From NCBI GenBank assembly GCA_016784125.1, contig JADHVI010000002.1, forward strand, positions 35,653 through 99,652: a DNA stretch of 64,000 nucleotides, given 5' to 3'. The position numbers and the translations under genes were made by a program. How positions within the stretch are numbered: the first letter of the stretch is position 1; the number at the start of each line of letters is the position of its first letter. The stretch comes from Candidatus Woesearchaeota archaeon. GTDB lineage: Archaea; Nanobdellota; Nanobdellia; Woesearchaeales; GCA-2686295. The notes below the pieces were generated by a model. It saw only the letters and a program-made list of their open reading frames with translations. It ran no database searches and had not been told where the DNA came from. Shown piece by piece: positions 56,742-64,000 of the stretch.

Positions 56742-57398
56742 CTAGAATGCTCCTAAAGAGGTTTGTGCTTTTTGATTATGATGTTTTTGCCAGGTATCCC
56801 ACGACTTACGCATATGTACAGAATATTTTTTGTTATTCCAGTACTTCTCGATAAATGCTTGTGTTTTTGGATCAGAAGGATATCCAGAGCCAAAATCTTT
56901 CCCAATTTCTTTCTTTATTTTTTCAATCTCTTCATCGCGAGCAACCTTTGCAACTATACTCGCAGCTCCAACTATTAAGTGGTTTAAATCTGCTTTATGC
57001 TCAACTTTAATCTTCACTTTTTTATTCTTTACTTGGTTCTTGATATAATCTTTATATGATACTAAGTTTGTGCTTGGACAATCCAATATTACTTCATTAC
57101 ATGGAATTCTATCTATTAGTTGTGCTGCTTTTCTGGCTTCCAACCAGTTAAGATTGTCTGAAGATGATTTGACTGCTTCGTCAATTTCATCAGGCCAGAC
57201 TTTTATAAAAGCTGTTCTGCAAACTTCTTTTAATACTATTAGAATCTCATTTCTTTTTTTTTCTGATAGTAACTTAGAATCTTTAACACCCATAGCTTGT
57301 AGCTTGAACTCGTCCTCTTTCCTAATTGAAGCAATGGCCATTACCATTGGACCAATAACCGGTCCTCTGCCAGCTTCGTCAACGCCCCCAATATGCAT
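56742..57398 (-). CDS. rnhB: ribonuclease HII
   Basis: GVDEAGRGPVIGPMV, VKDSKLLS and AASIVAKVARD motifs. Confidence 0.93.
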   Translation of the reverse strand: MHIGGVDEAGRGPVIGPMVMAIASIRKEDEFKLQAMGVKDSKLLSEKKRNEILIVLKEVCRTAFIKVWPDEIDEAVKSSSDNLNWLEARKAAQLIDRIPCNEVILDCPSTNLVSYKDYIKNQVKNKKVKIKVEHKADLNHLIVGAASIVAKVARDEEIEKIKKEIGKDFGSGYPSDPKTQAFIEKYWNNKKYSVHMRKSWDTWQKHHNQKAQTSLGAF

Positions 57399-57452
57399 AA
57401 TAGAAGTTAATGCGTTGGAATTTTTAAGGTTTTTGGAAAAAAAGGAAAAAAA

Positions 57453-57974
57453 TTATTTTTTTATTTGCCCTAAAGCTTTTTTTCCTATGTAGATATTATG
57501 GTTTTCAAGGTAAGTATCCAAGCCCTTATACGCGATTTTTAGTTTGTCTCGCCTATTGCTTTCATAAAGACCAGAACCTATTAATCCACCTAACACAACT
57601 CCGAAAATGTGTTTAGAGATTAAACCCACTACCACTGCACCTCCAGCTACATACGCAAACACTTCTTTTATTTTTCTTTGTTGTATTTCTTTCACATCAA
57701 CCATGCCTGTATCGTATCTGTTGATAATATCCTCAATTGCAGTTTGCTCTTCCTTTTCATCATGAAGTTTCTGAAAAGTCTCCGTAGTAATAACTTCACA
57801 ACAATCACTAACATAAGCAACTTTTAGTATAGAATCACTTTCTTTAACATACATTCTCCAAATTCGGTTGTTAGCGGTCAAAGAATATTTTTGCTCATAA
57901 TCTGCAGCTAATACTTTTGTTACTAAGTCTCCAAGCGTTGCACCTTTTATTTTCATTTCAGTCATATTTTTCAC
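57453..57974 (-). CDS. hypothetical protein with C-terminal glycine-zipper membrane segment
   Basis: 173 aa. AYVAGGAVVVGLISKHIFGVVLGGLIGSGL suggests a membrane-associated helix pair. Confidence 0.5.
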   Translation of the reverse strand: MKNMTEMKIKGATLGDLVTKVLAADYEQKYSLTANNRIWRMYVKESDSILKVAYVSDCCEVITTETFQKLHDEKEEQTAIEDIINRYDTGMVDVKEIQQRKIKEVFAYVAGGAVVVGLISKHIFGVVLGGLIGSGLYESNRRDKLKIAYKGLDTYLENHNIYIGKKALGQIKK

Positions 57975-58011
57975 CTTTTGATTTGCTCTTAATTGTAATT
58001 AAGGAAAATAA

Positions 58012-58028
58012 CTGCGTCGGTGACGCAG
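58012..58028 (-). terminator. GC-rich hairpin (CTGCGTC-GGT-GACGCAG) followed on the minus strand by TTATTTT
   Basis: Perfect 7-bp stem with a 3-nt loop, read directly. It lies 43 nt downstream of the 34-aa micro-ORF stop. Confidence 0.4.
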
Positions 58029-58070
58029 CATTTCTTCCCAGGGGTGAGCCCTTTTGTCCAGATTTAATTA

Positions 58071-58175
58071 TTACCAGTGAAGTAAGTGTAGTTGTAGCTG
58101 ATCAACGAACTCAGGATCAAGCTCGTTGATCTCATCATCGCTGTATTTCCGACCGTATACATCTTCGTATACCAT
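58071..58175 (-). CDS. candidate 34-aa acidic micro-protein (MVYEDVYGRKYSDDEINELDPEFVDQLQLHLLHW)
   Basis: Its ATG is 1 nt after the upstream micro-ORF stop, with a GAGGAAG SD-like element. It lies in a locally GC-richer patch and is followed by a hairpin terminator. Confidence 0.3.
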   Translation of the reverse strand: MVYEDVYGRKYSDDEINELDPEFVDQLQLHLLHW

Positions 58176-58176
58176 C

Positions 58177-58230
58177 CTATTCTTCCTCATCTTCGTAGAG
58201 GAAACCGTTGTTGTCTATTTTCCAACTCAT
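58177..58230 (-). CDS. candidate 17-aa acidic micro-ORF (MSWKIDNNGFLYEDEEE)
   Basis: A strong GAGGTGG SD (58237-58243) lies 6 nt upstream of the ATG at 58230. The listed 81-aa ORF extends upstream into the divergent regulator gene and looks artefactual. Confidence 0.3.
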   Translation of the reverse strand: MSWKIDNNGFLYEDEEE

Positions 58231-58337
58231 GTTTAACCACCTCATTATTATATGGAAAACTAAATATAAGAAAGTTATTGTTGAAAAGTACGGTTTTTCC
58301 GAAAAATATTTAAGTTTATTATCGTAAAAAAGCAAAT

Positions 58338-59357
58338 ATGCATAACACAATCGGAAGAATCGACTATGAAAGCATGGAGAAAAAAGTAAAGATAGATTTG
58401 AAAGATAGGAGAATTCTCTCACTATTAGACGATGATTCTAGAACCCCACTCACACAAATTGCAAAGAAAGTCCAGCTCTCCAGAGACGCTGTAGACTATA
58501 GAATTAAGAGGTTACAGAAAAAAGGAGTTATTCTAAGATTTGTTCCAAGTCTGAACTATGAAAAATTAGGTTTTCAAATATTTCACGTATTCTTACTCGT
58601 AGACGAATTTGATAAGGCAAAACAACAGGATTTGATAGATTATTTAAAAAATCACCAAAATATTTTCAGCATCATTGAATATAGTGATCGTTGGGATTTA
58701 GAGATCGTAATAATTGCTAAAAGCTTATTGGAGTTTGATAAAATAATATCTGATATAGCAGAGCACTCTCCAGATATCATTCTTGAAAAGGAAAAATTAG
58801 AAATTATCAGAAGATATAATTCAAACTATGTACCTCCATTAATCAAAGAGGAGCATGACAAAGAGAAGATTAAGCATGAGAAAGAATTTCCTGCCAAGCT
58901 TGATGAAACTGATTTCAAATTATTAAAACTTCTGGCAGGTAATTGCAGACAATCAACTTATGCTATTGGCAAGGAACTTGGTTTATCTGGCGATGCCATT
59001 AGTTATAGAATTAAGAAGTTGCAATTAGAAGATGTAATCAAAAAATTTACTATCCTAGTTAATTTCTCCTTATTACAATATCATTGGTACACTTTCAGTA
59101 TTGAAATGAAACTCTTCAACCTTCAAAACGAGAAGAAGTTTGAAACTTTCTTAGATCAGAATCCAAATATTATGAGATCTGCAAAGACTTTGGGTTCATG
59201 GGATTTGCTTCTATATGTCATTGTTGAGAATAGACAAGAATTTCATAGAATTGTTAAAGATATGAAAAACGTTTTTGCTAACATAATAAGAAATTATCAG
59301 ACATGGATTGCTTACAAAGAACATAAATTTGAAATTATGAGTGATGCGATAAAATGA
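58338..59357 (+). CDS. tandem (duplicated) Lrp/AsnC-type regulator, two HTH + two ligand-domain halves
   Basis: Two HTH_AsnC-like segments (KDRRILSLLDDDSRTPLTQIAKKVQLSRDAVDYRIKRLQKKGVI and TDFKLLKLLAGNCRQSTYAIGKELGLSGDAISYRIKKLQLEDVI), each followed by an alpha/beta half. Confidence 0.8.
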   Translation: MHNTIGRIDYESMEKKVKIDLKDRRILSLLDDDSRTPLTQIAKKVQLSRDAVDYRIKRLQKKGVILRFVPSLNYEKLGFQIFHVFLLVDEFDKAKQQDLIDYLKNHQNIFSIIEYSDRWDLEIVIIAKSLLEFDKIISDIAEHSPDIILEKEKLEIIRRYNSNYVPPLIKEEHDKEKIKHEKEFPAKLDETDFKLLKLLAGNCRQSTYAIGKELGLSGDAISYRIKKLQLEDVIKKFTILVNFSLLQYHWYTFSIEMKLFNLQNEKKFETFLDQNPNIMRSAKTLGSWDLLLYVIVENRQEFHRIVKDMKNVFANIIRNYQTWIAYKEHKFEIMSDAIK

Positions 59358-59374
59358 AACTTAAAATCTCTTTA

Positions 59375-60187
59375 TTAAATAGTCGCAGTCTTCCATTTTG
59401 ATTCAAAGAATTTCTTATAAGAATCTGTAATTGGTTTACTTTCAATCACTATTGCGGTTGGAACTTCATCCCAGTCCCAAGTTATTAATTTATTGGCATA
59501 AATAACAACTCCTGTTGGAGCAAAGTCATTAATGAACTTAACTTCTGATAATTTAATACCTTTAAAGATATCTCTAATTATTTCTTTGCTTTCAATAGTC
59601 GTCAATCCTTTTACTTTAATTCCTTTTTCTGCTCTTTTTAGGTGATAACTACGAAAAAATATCACTAAGTTTTCATAGAATAATTTCTTTTTAGGAGCGG
59701 TGAAGAAATAATAGGCATCTCCTTTTTTTAGAGTGGTCAAAATATCATAAAAAGCTGTTTTCAATCCGTTTATTCCTTCATATACTTTTGCTGTTTGTGT
59801 CTGATTAGCCATTAATTGCTTCTCTTTAAGGCTTGGTAGGAGTTCAGCGAACTTTCTTTTTTTATCTTCAAGATTGGATAAGAATATTTCTGGATCTTCT
59901 GCTTGAAAATATTTGGTTTTGCCTTTCAAGACATAGCTAATCAAACCTTTTTCCATCAGAGATCCTAAAAGATGATATACAGTACTGCTTTGAAGCTTTG
60001 TTTTATAGATAATTTTTCCTGAGGTTGTAGACCCTAATTCCAATAAAGCAAGGTATATTCTTGCTTCTGCATTTGAAAGACCCATATCTTCCAGTATTGA
60101 TGTATCCATAGTTTTGGGAATGACCTCAAAGATATAAAGCTTTCCAATATTGGAGAGTAAACCTTTATCATTGTCGTTTGATTCCAT
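59375..60187 (-). CDS. TrmB-family transcriptional regulator
   Basis: LEDMGLSNAEARIYLALLELGSTTSGKIIYKTKLQSSTVYHLLGSLMEKGLISYV wHTH. The true start may be the internal Met (MDTSILEDMG). Confidence 0.8.
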   Translation of the reverse strand: MESNDNDKGLLSNIGKLYIFEVIPKTMDTSILEDMGLSNAEARIYLALLELGSTTSGKIIYKTKLQSSTVYHLLGSLMEKGLISYVLKGKTKYFQAEDPEIFLSNLEDKKRKFAELLPSLKEKQLMANQTQTAKVYEGINGLKTAFYDILTTLKKGDAYYFFTAPKKKLFYENLVIFFRSYHLKRAEKGIKVKGLTTIESKEIIRDIFKGIKLSEVKFINDFAPTGVVIYANKLITWDWDEVPTAIVIESKPITDSYKKFFESKWKTATI

Positions 60188-60193
60188 TTTACA

Positions 60194-60883
60194 ATGGATA
60201 AATCTCTTGTGAAAATCGAATCAGATGAGTTTCAAGACACTATACTTAGAGCAATAAACCATCACAAAGGTCCGTATTTTATCGAAGTTTTAGGAATAAA
60301 TTATTGGATGTTTGAAGATTGTTTTAATCCAGCATATGCAAAAGCATCACTTTTGTTGATGCAAAATCAAGGAGTGAAGAAAGGCGACACAGTGCTAGTT
60401 CAATTCTCAGGACCAGGTCTGGACGCACGATTGGCTTATGAGAATGGTGCTTTCAAAGTTGTATCTGTTGAAAAATTTGAAATCCCCTATTTATGTGCAA
60501 AGTACAATACCCTCGTATCAGGATTGAATCATAAAATTGACAATAGAATAGGTGATTTATTCGACCCGATTGACAAAAACGAAAAGTTTGATTTAATTTT
60601 GGCCAACCCACCGTTTAGAAAAATGATTCCTAAAGGCAAAGTTGAATCAGCCATCAGAGATAATAATTACAATACCTTGAAAAGGTTTTGGAGTCAGGTT
60701 TCAAGTCATCTTAAATCAAATGGCAGAGTTAGAGCAGTATTTGCAGACGTAGGAGATATGAAGTTATTCGAAGAACTTGCCAAAAAAAATGGATTTAGGT
60801 CTAAAATTATTGCAACTAGTAAATACGCATCAAGCGTGAGAATTAAGGTATTCGAGTTTAAAATAGAATTTAAAAAAAAGTAA
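60194..60883 (+). CDS. SAM-dependent methyltransferase with NPPF motif (HemK/PrmC- or N6-MTase-like)
   Basis: Motif I-like VLVQFSGPGLD and motif IV ILANPPF. Confidence 0.7.
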   Translation: MDKSLVKIESDEFQDTILRAINHHKGPYFIEVLGINYWMFEDCFNPAYAKASLLLMQNQGVKKGDTVLVQFSGPGLDARLAYENGAFKVVSVEKFEIPYLCAKYNTLVSGLNHKIDNRIGDLFDPIDKNEKFDLILANPPFRKMIPKGKVESAIRDNNYNTLKRFWSQVSSHLKSNGRVRAVFADVGDMKLFEELAKKNGFRSKIIATSKYASSVRIKVFEFKIEFKKK

Positions 60884-60937
60884 AAAAATCTTAATACTCA
60901 AAAACAAAATTTTTTGGTACGAGAAATTTTCAATTTC

Positions 60938-62359
60938 TCAGTATCTATAGTGTTCAGATTTGTATGGTCCTTCTACTTTCACACCAATATAATCTGCTTG
61001 TTCTTTAGATAAAACAGTTAGTTTTGCACCTAGTTGGACTAAGTGTAGACGAGCAACTTCTTCGTCAAGCTCTTTTGGAAGCATGTAAACTCCTAGTTCA
61101 TAATCTTTTGTCCAAAGTTCAATTTGAGCAAGAACTTGATTTGCAAATGAGTTACTCATTACAAAACTCGGGTGTCCAGTAGCACATCCTAAGTTTACAA
61201 GTCTGCCTTCAGCTAAAATATATATGCTGTGTCCATCAGGAAATGTGTATCTGTGAACAGGACATTCTGAACCTTTGATTTCTTCTTTTTGAATTCCAGG
61301 CCATTTTTCAAGTTCAGCCATTTGAATTTCATTATCAAAGTGTCCAATGTTACAAACAATTGCTTGATCTTTCATTTTGCTCATATGTTCTGCAGTTATA
61401 ATGCCACAGTTACCAGTTGTTGTCACATAGATGTCTGCGTGTGGTAATGCATCTTCAACTGTGCATACTGTTAACCCAGTCATGCAAGCTTGCAATGCGC
61501 AGATAGGATCAATTTCAGAAACCATGACTTTCGCTTTTTCGTTAGATAATGATTCAGCGCAGCCTTTTCCAACATCTCCATATCCACAAATCATAGCTGT
61601 TTTTCCAGATATTAAAACATCCATTGCCCTCTTAATTCCGTCAACCAGGCTGTGTCTACAACCATAAACATTATCAAATTTTGATTTTGTTACAGAATCA
61701 TTTACGTTAATTGCAGGAAATAATAATTCCCCTTTATCTAACATTTGATATAATCTATGAACACCAGTTGTTGTTTCTTCACTCACACCTTTGACTTCTT
61801 TTGCAACTGCAGTCCAAACATCTTGTTTTTTTTCATATAGTTTTTTTAGAATATTTATTAATTCTTGATAATCTTCTCCTTCCAAACTATAATCTTTTTC
61901 TAGTAAACTTGGATCTTTTTCTATGTCTACACCTTTGTGTATCATCATAGTTGCATCTCCACCATCATCAACTATTAATTGTGGACCTTTCCAATCACCA
62001 AAATCTAGTGCTTTCATTGTGCACCACCAATATTCAGCAAGACTTTCACCTTTCCATGCAAATACTGGAACGCCTGATTTTGCAATTGCTGCTGCCGCAT
62101 GATCTTGTGTTGAAAAAATATTACATGAAGCCCATCTAACATTTGCGCCTAAATCAACTAATGTTTCTATTAAAACAGCGGTTTGTATAGTCATGTGCAA
62201 ACTTCCCATTATCCTTACGTCTTTTAATGGTTTCTTTGCACCAAATTTTCTCCTTACAGCCATCAAACCTGGCATTTCCTTCTCAGCTATTCCAATTTCT
62301 TTTCTTCCGAAATCTGCTAGCGAGATATCTCTAATCTTATAATTTTCATTTTCATCCAT
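60938..62359 (-). CDS. ahcY: adenosylhomocysteinase (long form with about 40-aa insertion)
   Basis: 473 aa with [21 protein letters not shown], the NAD-binding GYGDVGKG and HFDNEI. An insertion lies between DDGGD and SEETTTG, as in long-type SAHH. Confidence 0.95.
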   Translation of the reverse strand: MDENENYKIRDISLADFGRKEIGIAEKEMPGLMAVRRKFGAKKPLKDVRIMGSLHMTIQTAVLIETLVDLGANVRWASCNIFSTQDHAAAAIAKSGVPVFAWKGESLAEYWWCTMKALDFGDWKGPQLIVDDGGDATMMIHKGVDIEKDPSLLEKDYSLEGEDYQELINILKKLYEKKQDVWTAVAKEVKGVSEETTTGVHRLYQMLDKGELLFPAINVNDSVTKSKFDNVYGCRHSLVDGIKRAMDVLISGKTAMICGYGDVGKGCAESLSNEKAKVMVSEIDPICALQACMTGLTVCTVEDALPHADIYVTTTGNCGIITAEHMSKMKDQAIVCNIGHFDNEIQMAELEKWPGIQKEEIKGSECPVHRYTFPDGHSIYILAEGRLVNLGCATGHPSFVMSNSFANQVLAQIELWTKDYELGVYMLPKELDEEVARLHLVQLGAKLTVLSKEQADYIGVKVEGPYKSEHYRY

Positions 62360-62570
62360 AAATATCGCCTCCCGTGATATTTATGGCGTCCCAAAAATTT
62401 TGAATTTTTGATATATCCATAATTATCACCTAATAAAGTGTAAAAGTAAATATTTTATATAGTTTTCCCAATAAAACAAGTACTTTGTCCAACAATTTAA
62501 ACTATTTATGGACAAAAATCAGAAACTTTAAATATTAGTGGGACATTTATACAACTATAACACGATAAAG

Positions 62571-62646
62571 ATTGGCTCTCTTAAAGCAGTAGTTAATCCC
62601 CCAAGAGTTCCTACAGTGCTTAGAATTCTGAAGGGGGCCAATTTTT
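62571..62646 (+). ncRNA. candidate structured leader/sRNA with pseudoknot potential and 3' U-tract, upstream of the Lrp/AsnC gene
   Basis: Helices ATTGGC (62571-76)/GCCAAT (62637-42), CTCTT (62578-82)/AAGAG (62603-07) and CCCC (62598-602)/GGGG (62633-36) interleave. TTTTT follows at 62642-46. A CTTTAAATATT box at 62526-36 is a possible promoter. Confidence 0.25.
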
Positions 62647-62662
62647 ACTACGACAGAAGAAC

Positions 62663-63085
62663 ATGAGCATTGACAACAAAGACAAACAAATAATTGAAGA
62701 ACTTAAGAAAGACAGCAGGACAAGCATAAGGGACATTGCAAAGACTACTGGGATTAGACCAAGTACGGTTCACCAAAGAATCCACAAACTAAAGACTTCA
62801 GGAGTTATTGAGCGATTCACGTTAAAACTTAATAACAACTTAGTCGGCGAAAACTTCATAGTATTTATGTTCGTCTCTACAGAAAAAGACATCTCCCCTG
62901 CTGTCTTCAAAAATTCTCACATAAAAGAAGTCTTTGGCATAACAGGAGAATACGATCTTTTATTCAAACTTAAATTCAAAGACGTTGAAGAATTCAACGA
63001 TTTTGTTCTGGAATTTCGAAAACATACAGGCATTAAGAAAACCATAACTATGGTTGGAACAATTACACTGAAAGAAGAGATATAA
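62663..63085 (+). CDS. Lrp/AsnC-family transcriptional regulator
   Basis: IDNKDKQIIEELKKDSRTSIRDIAKTTGIRPSTVHQRIHKLKTSGVIE HTH plus a C-terminal RAM/ASNC domain. 140 aa. Confidence 0.9.
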   Translation: MSIDNKDKQIIEELKKDSRTSIRDIAKTTGIRPSTVHQRIHKLKTSGVIERFTLKLNNNLVGENFIVFMFVSTEKDISPAVFKNSHIKEVFGITGEYDLLFKLKFKDVEEFNDFVLEFRKHTGIKKTITMVGTITLKEEI

Positions 63086-63102
63086 ACAACGAGGTAAAAA
63101 AA

Positions 63103-64000
63103 ATGACTTTTAAACCAACAGAGAAAGAACTAGAAAGATACGCAAAAGTCCTGATCAATTTTGCACTAAATGACTGCAAAGGACTAAAAAAAGGAGAAAC
63201 AGTCCTAATTCAAGTACCAGAATGTGCTAAGCCAATGCTTATACATTTAAGGAGAGCAGTGCTAAAATCAGGCGGTCACGTAATAGCACAATACTTACCA
63301 GATGATATGGCCAGAGAAACATATGAAATTTCATCTGACGAACAATTATCATTCTTCCCTAGAAATTATCTAAAAGGATTGGTAGATTCCATAGATCATT
63401 CTGTGTACATCATCGCAGACACAGACAAAAAAGAATTGGAAGGAATTGATCCTAAGAAAATAATGCTGAGACAAAAATCCTTCAAACCAGCAATGAAATG
63501 GCGAGAAGACAAAGAAAATGCAGGCAAATTTACTTGGACAATGGGTATGTATCCAACAAAACAAATGGCTAAAGAAGTTGGGATGAGCGTAGAAGAATAT
63601 TGGAAGCAAATTTCTAAAGCATGCTTTCTAGATAAAAAAGATCCGATAAAGAAATGGCAGGAAGTCTACAATGAAATGGACAGGATAAGAAAAGCTCTAA
63701 ACAAACTTAAAATAGAAGAAGTTCATGTAAAATCTAAGTCCACAGATATGAAAGTACAATTCGGAAAGAAAAGAAAGTGGCTTGGCGGATCAGGTCGAAA
63801 CATACCAAGTTTTGAACTATTTATATCACCTGATTGGAGAGGAACAGAAGGAACATATGTTTTCACCGAACCACTTTACAGATATGGAACGCTAATAAAA
63901 GGCGGAAAACTAGAATTCAAAAAAGGAAAAGTTGTGAAAGCAACCGCGAAGAAAGGTGAACACATACTAAAAGAAATGATTGCGCAAAAAAATGCAGATA
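63103..64000 (+). CDS. aminopeptidase, M29 (AmpS/PepS) family, N-terminal part (3' end outside window)
   Basis: The frame is open from the ATG at 63103 (GAGGT 7 nt upstream) to the window end. LERYAKVLINFALNDCKGLKKGETVLIQ and the later FELFISPDW region resemble thermophilic M29 aminopeptidases. It is absent from the ORF track because it has no stop. Confidence 0.7.
   Translation, partial: MTFKPTEKELERYAKVLINFALNDCKGLKKGETVLIQVPECAKPMLIHLRRAVLKSGGHVIAQYLPDDMARETYEISSDEQLSFFPRNYLKGLVDSIDHSVYIIADTDKKELEGIDPKKIMLRQKSFKPAMKWREDKENAGKFTWTMGMYPTKQMAKEVGMSVEEYWKQISKACFLDKKDPIKKWQEVYNEMDRIRKALNKLKIEEVHVKSKSTDMKVQFGKKRKWLGGSGRNIPSFELFISPDWRGTEGTYVFTEPLYRYGTLIKGGKLEFKKGKVVKATAKKGEHILKEMIAQKNAD

Noticed and set aside
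58177-58422. 81-aa minus-strand ORF as listed
   Set aside because: Its 5' part overlaps the divergent tandem-Lrp gene start and has no SD. Only the last 17 codons, which have a strong GAGGTGG SD, were kept, and only as a low-confidence micro-ORF.
60921-60939. Hairpin GAGAAATT-TTC-AATTTCTC between the methyltransferase and ahcY as a bidirectional terminator
   Set aside because: It is AT-rich and weak, and its right arm overlaps the ahcY stop codon. It is plausible but not distinguishable from chance in this composition.
62571-62646. Possibility that the structured element is a tRNA or tRNA-like gene
   Set aside because: A 6-7-bp acceptor-like stem exists, but no D arm, anticodon arm or T arm (no GTTC-type loop) can be formed.
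1-64000. Search for CRISPR arrays, rRNA genes, IS elements, transposases, integrases or prophage genes
   Set aside because: I saw no regularly spaced direct repeats. No ORF had transposase, integrase or capsid-like motifs, and there were no rRNA-like conserved stretches. The only tandem repeat of note is the 2 x 50-bp block at 9970-10069.

Overview
This is a visibly AT-rich, densely coding archaeal window. Archaeal markers are an archaeal-type SRP54, TrmB, Lrp/AsnC and HxlR regulators, SMC, RNase HII, HypA/HypC, and an intron-containing tRNA-Gly. Gene content looks like a small fermentative DPANN-like genome, but that taxonomic call is inference only.

Recognisable core metabolism:
- enolase, PEP synthase, and a two-subunit 2-oxoacid:ferredoxin oxidoreductase
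- a bacterial-style acetate kinase/phosphotransacetylase pair
- a four-subunit group 3b [NiFe]-hydrogenase (hydBGDA) with its maturation protease, hypA, hypC and a cysteine desulfurase
- a Fur/PerR-peroxiredoxin-desulfoferrodoxin oxidative-stress operon
- long-type S-adenosylhomocysteine hydrolase, SMC, and RNase HII plus an RNase HIII-like gene

The most unusual region is about 20.8-32.2 kb.
- **Thiol/copper operon (25077->20808, minus strand):** seven tightly packed genes encode only membrane-anchored or secreted proteins. These are a CcdA-like thiol transporter, a stand-alone lipoprotein with an exact CuA-site spacing, a protein with three Trx-like CxxC repeats, and a single-Cys Trx-like protein. 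Three further proteins end in a shared C-terminal (NLPxM)VGGC-COOH tail that I cannot assign to any named sorting or modification signal.
- **Neighbours:** a divergent membrane sensor (DUF835 plus winged helix) and a copper-handling island ending in CopA. The island holds DUF302, an untracked YHS/TRASH mini-protein, DUF411/CopG, a His/Met-rich protein and a rhodanese.
- **Second locus (43.7-46.4 kb):** it repeats the Trx-like module, ends in GGSC-COOH, and sits next to a DsbA fused to a Cys-rich two-TM domain.

Other notable items:
- a nitroreductase broken by a (TA)n slippage frameshift
- a tRNA-Gly(UCC) with a roughly 46-nt intron in the D-loop region
- a HypC paralogue with an N-terminal extension
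- two SD-preceded micro-ORFs
- several candidate structured RNAs and regulatory repeats

No CRISPR array, rRNA, transposase or integrase was seen.
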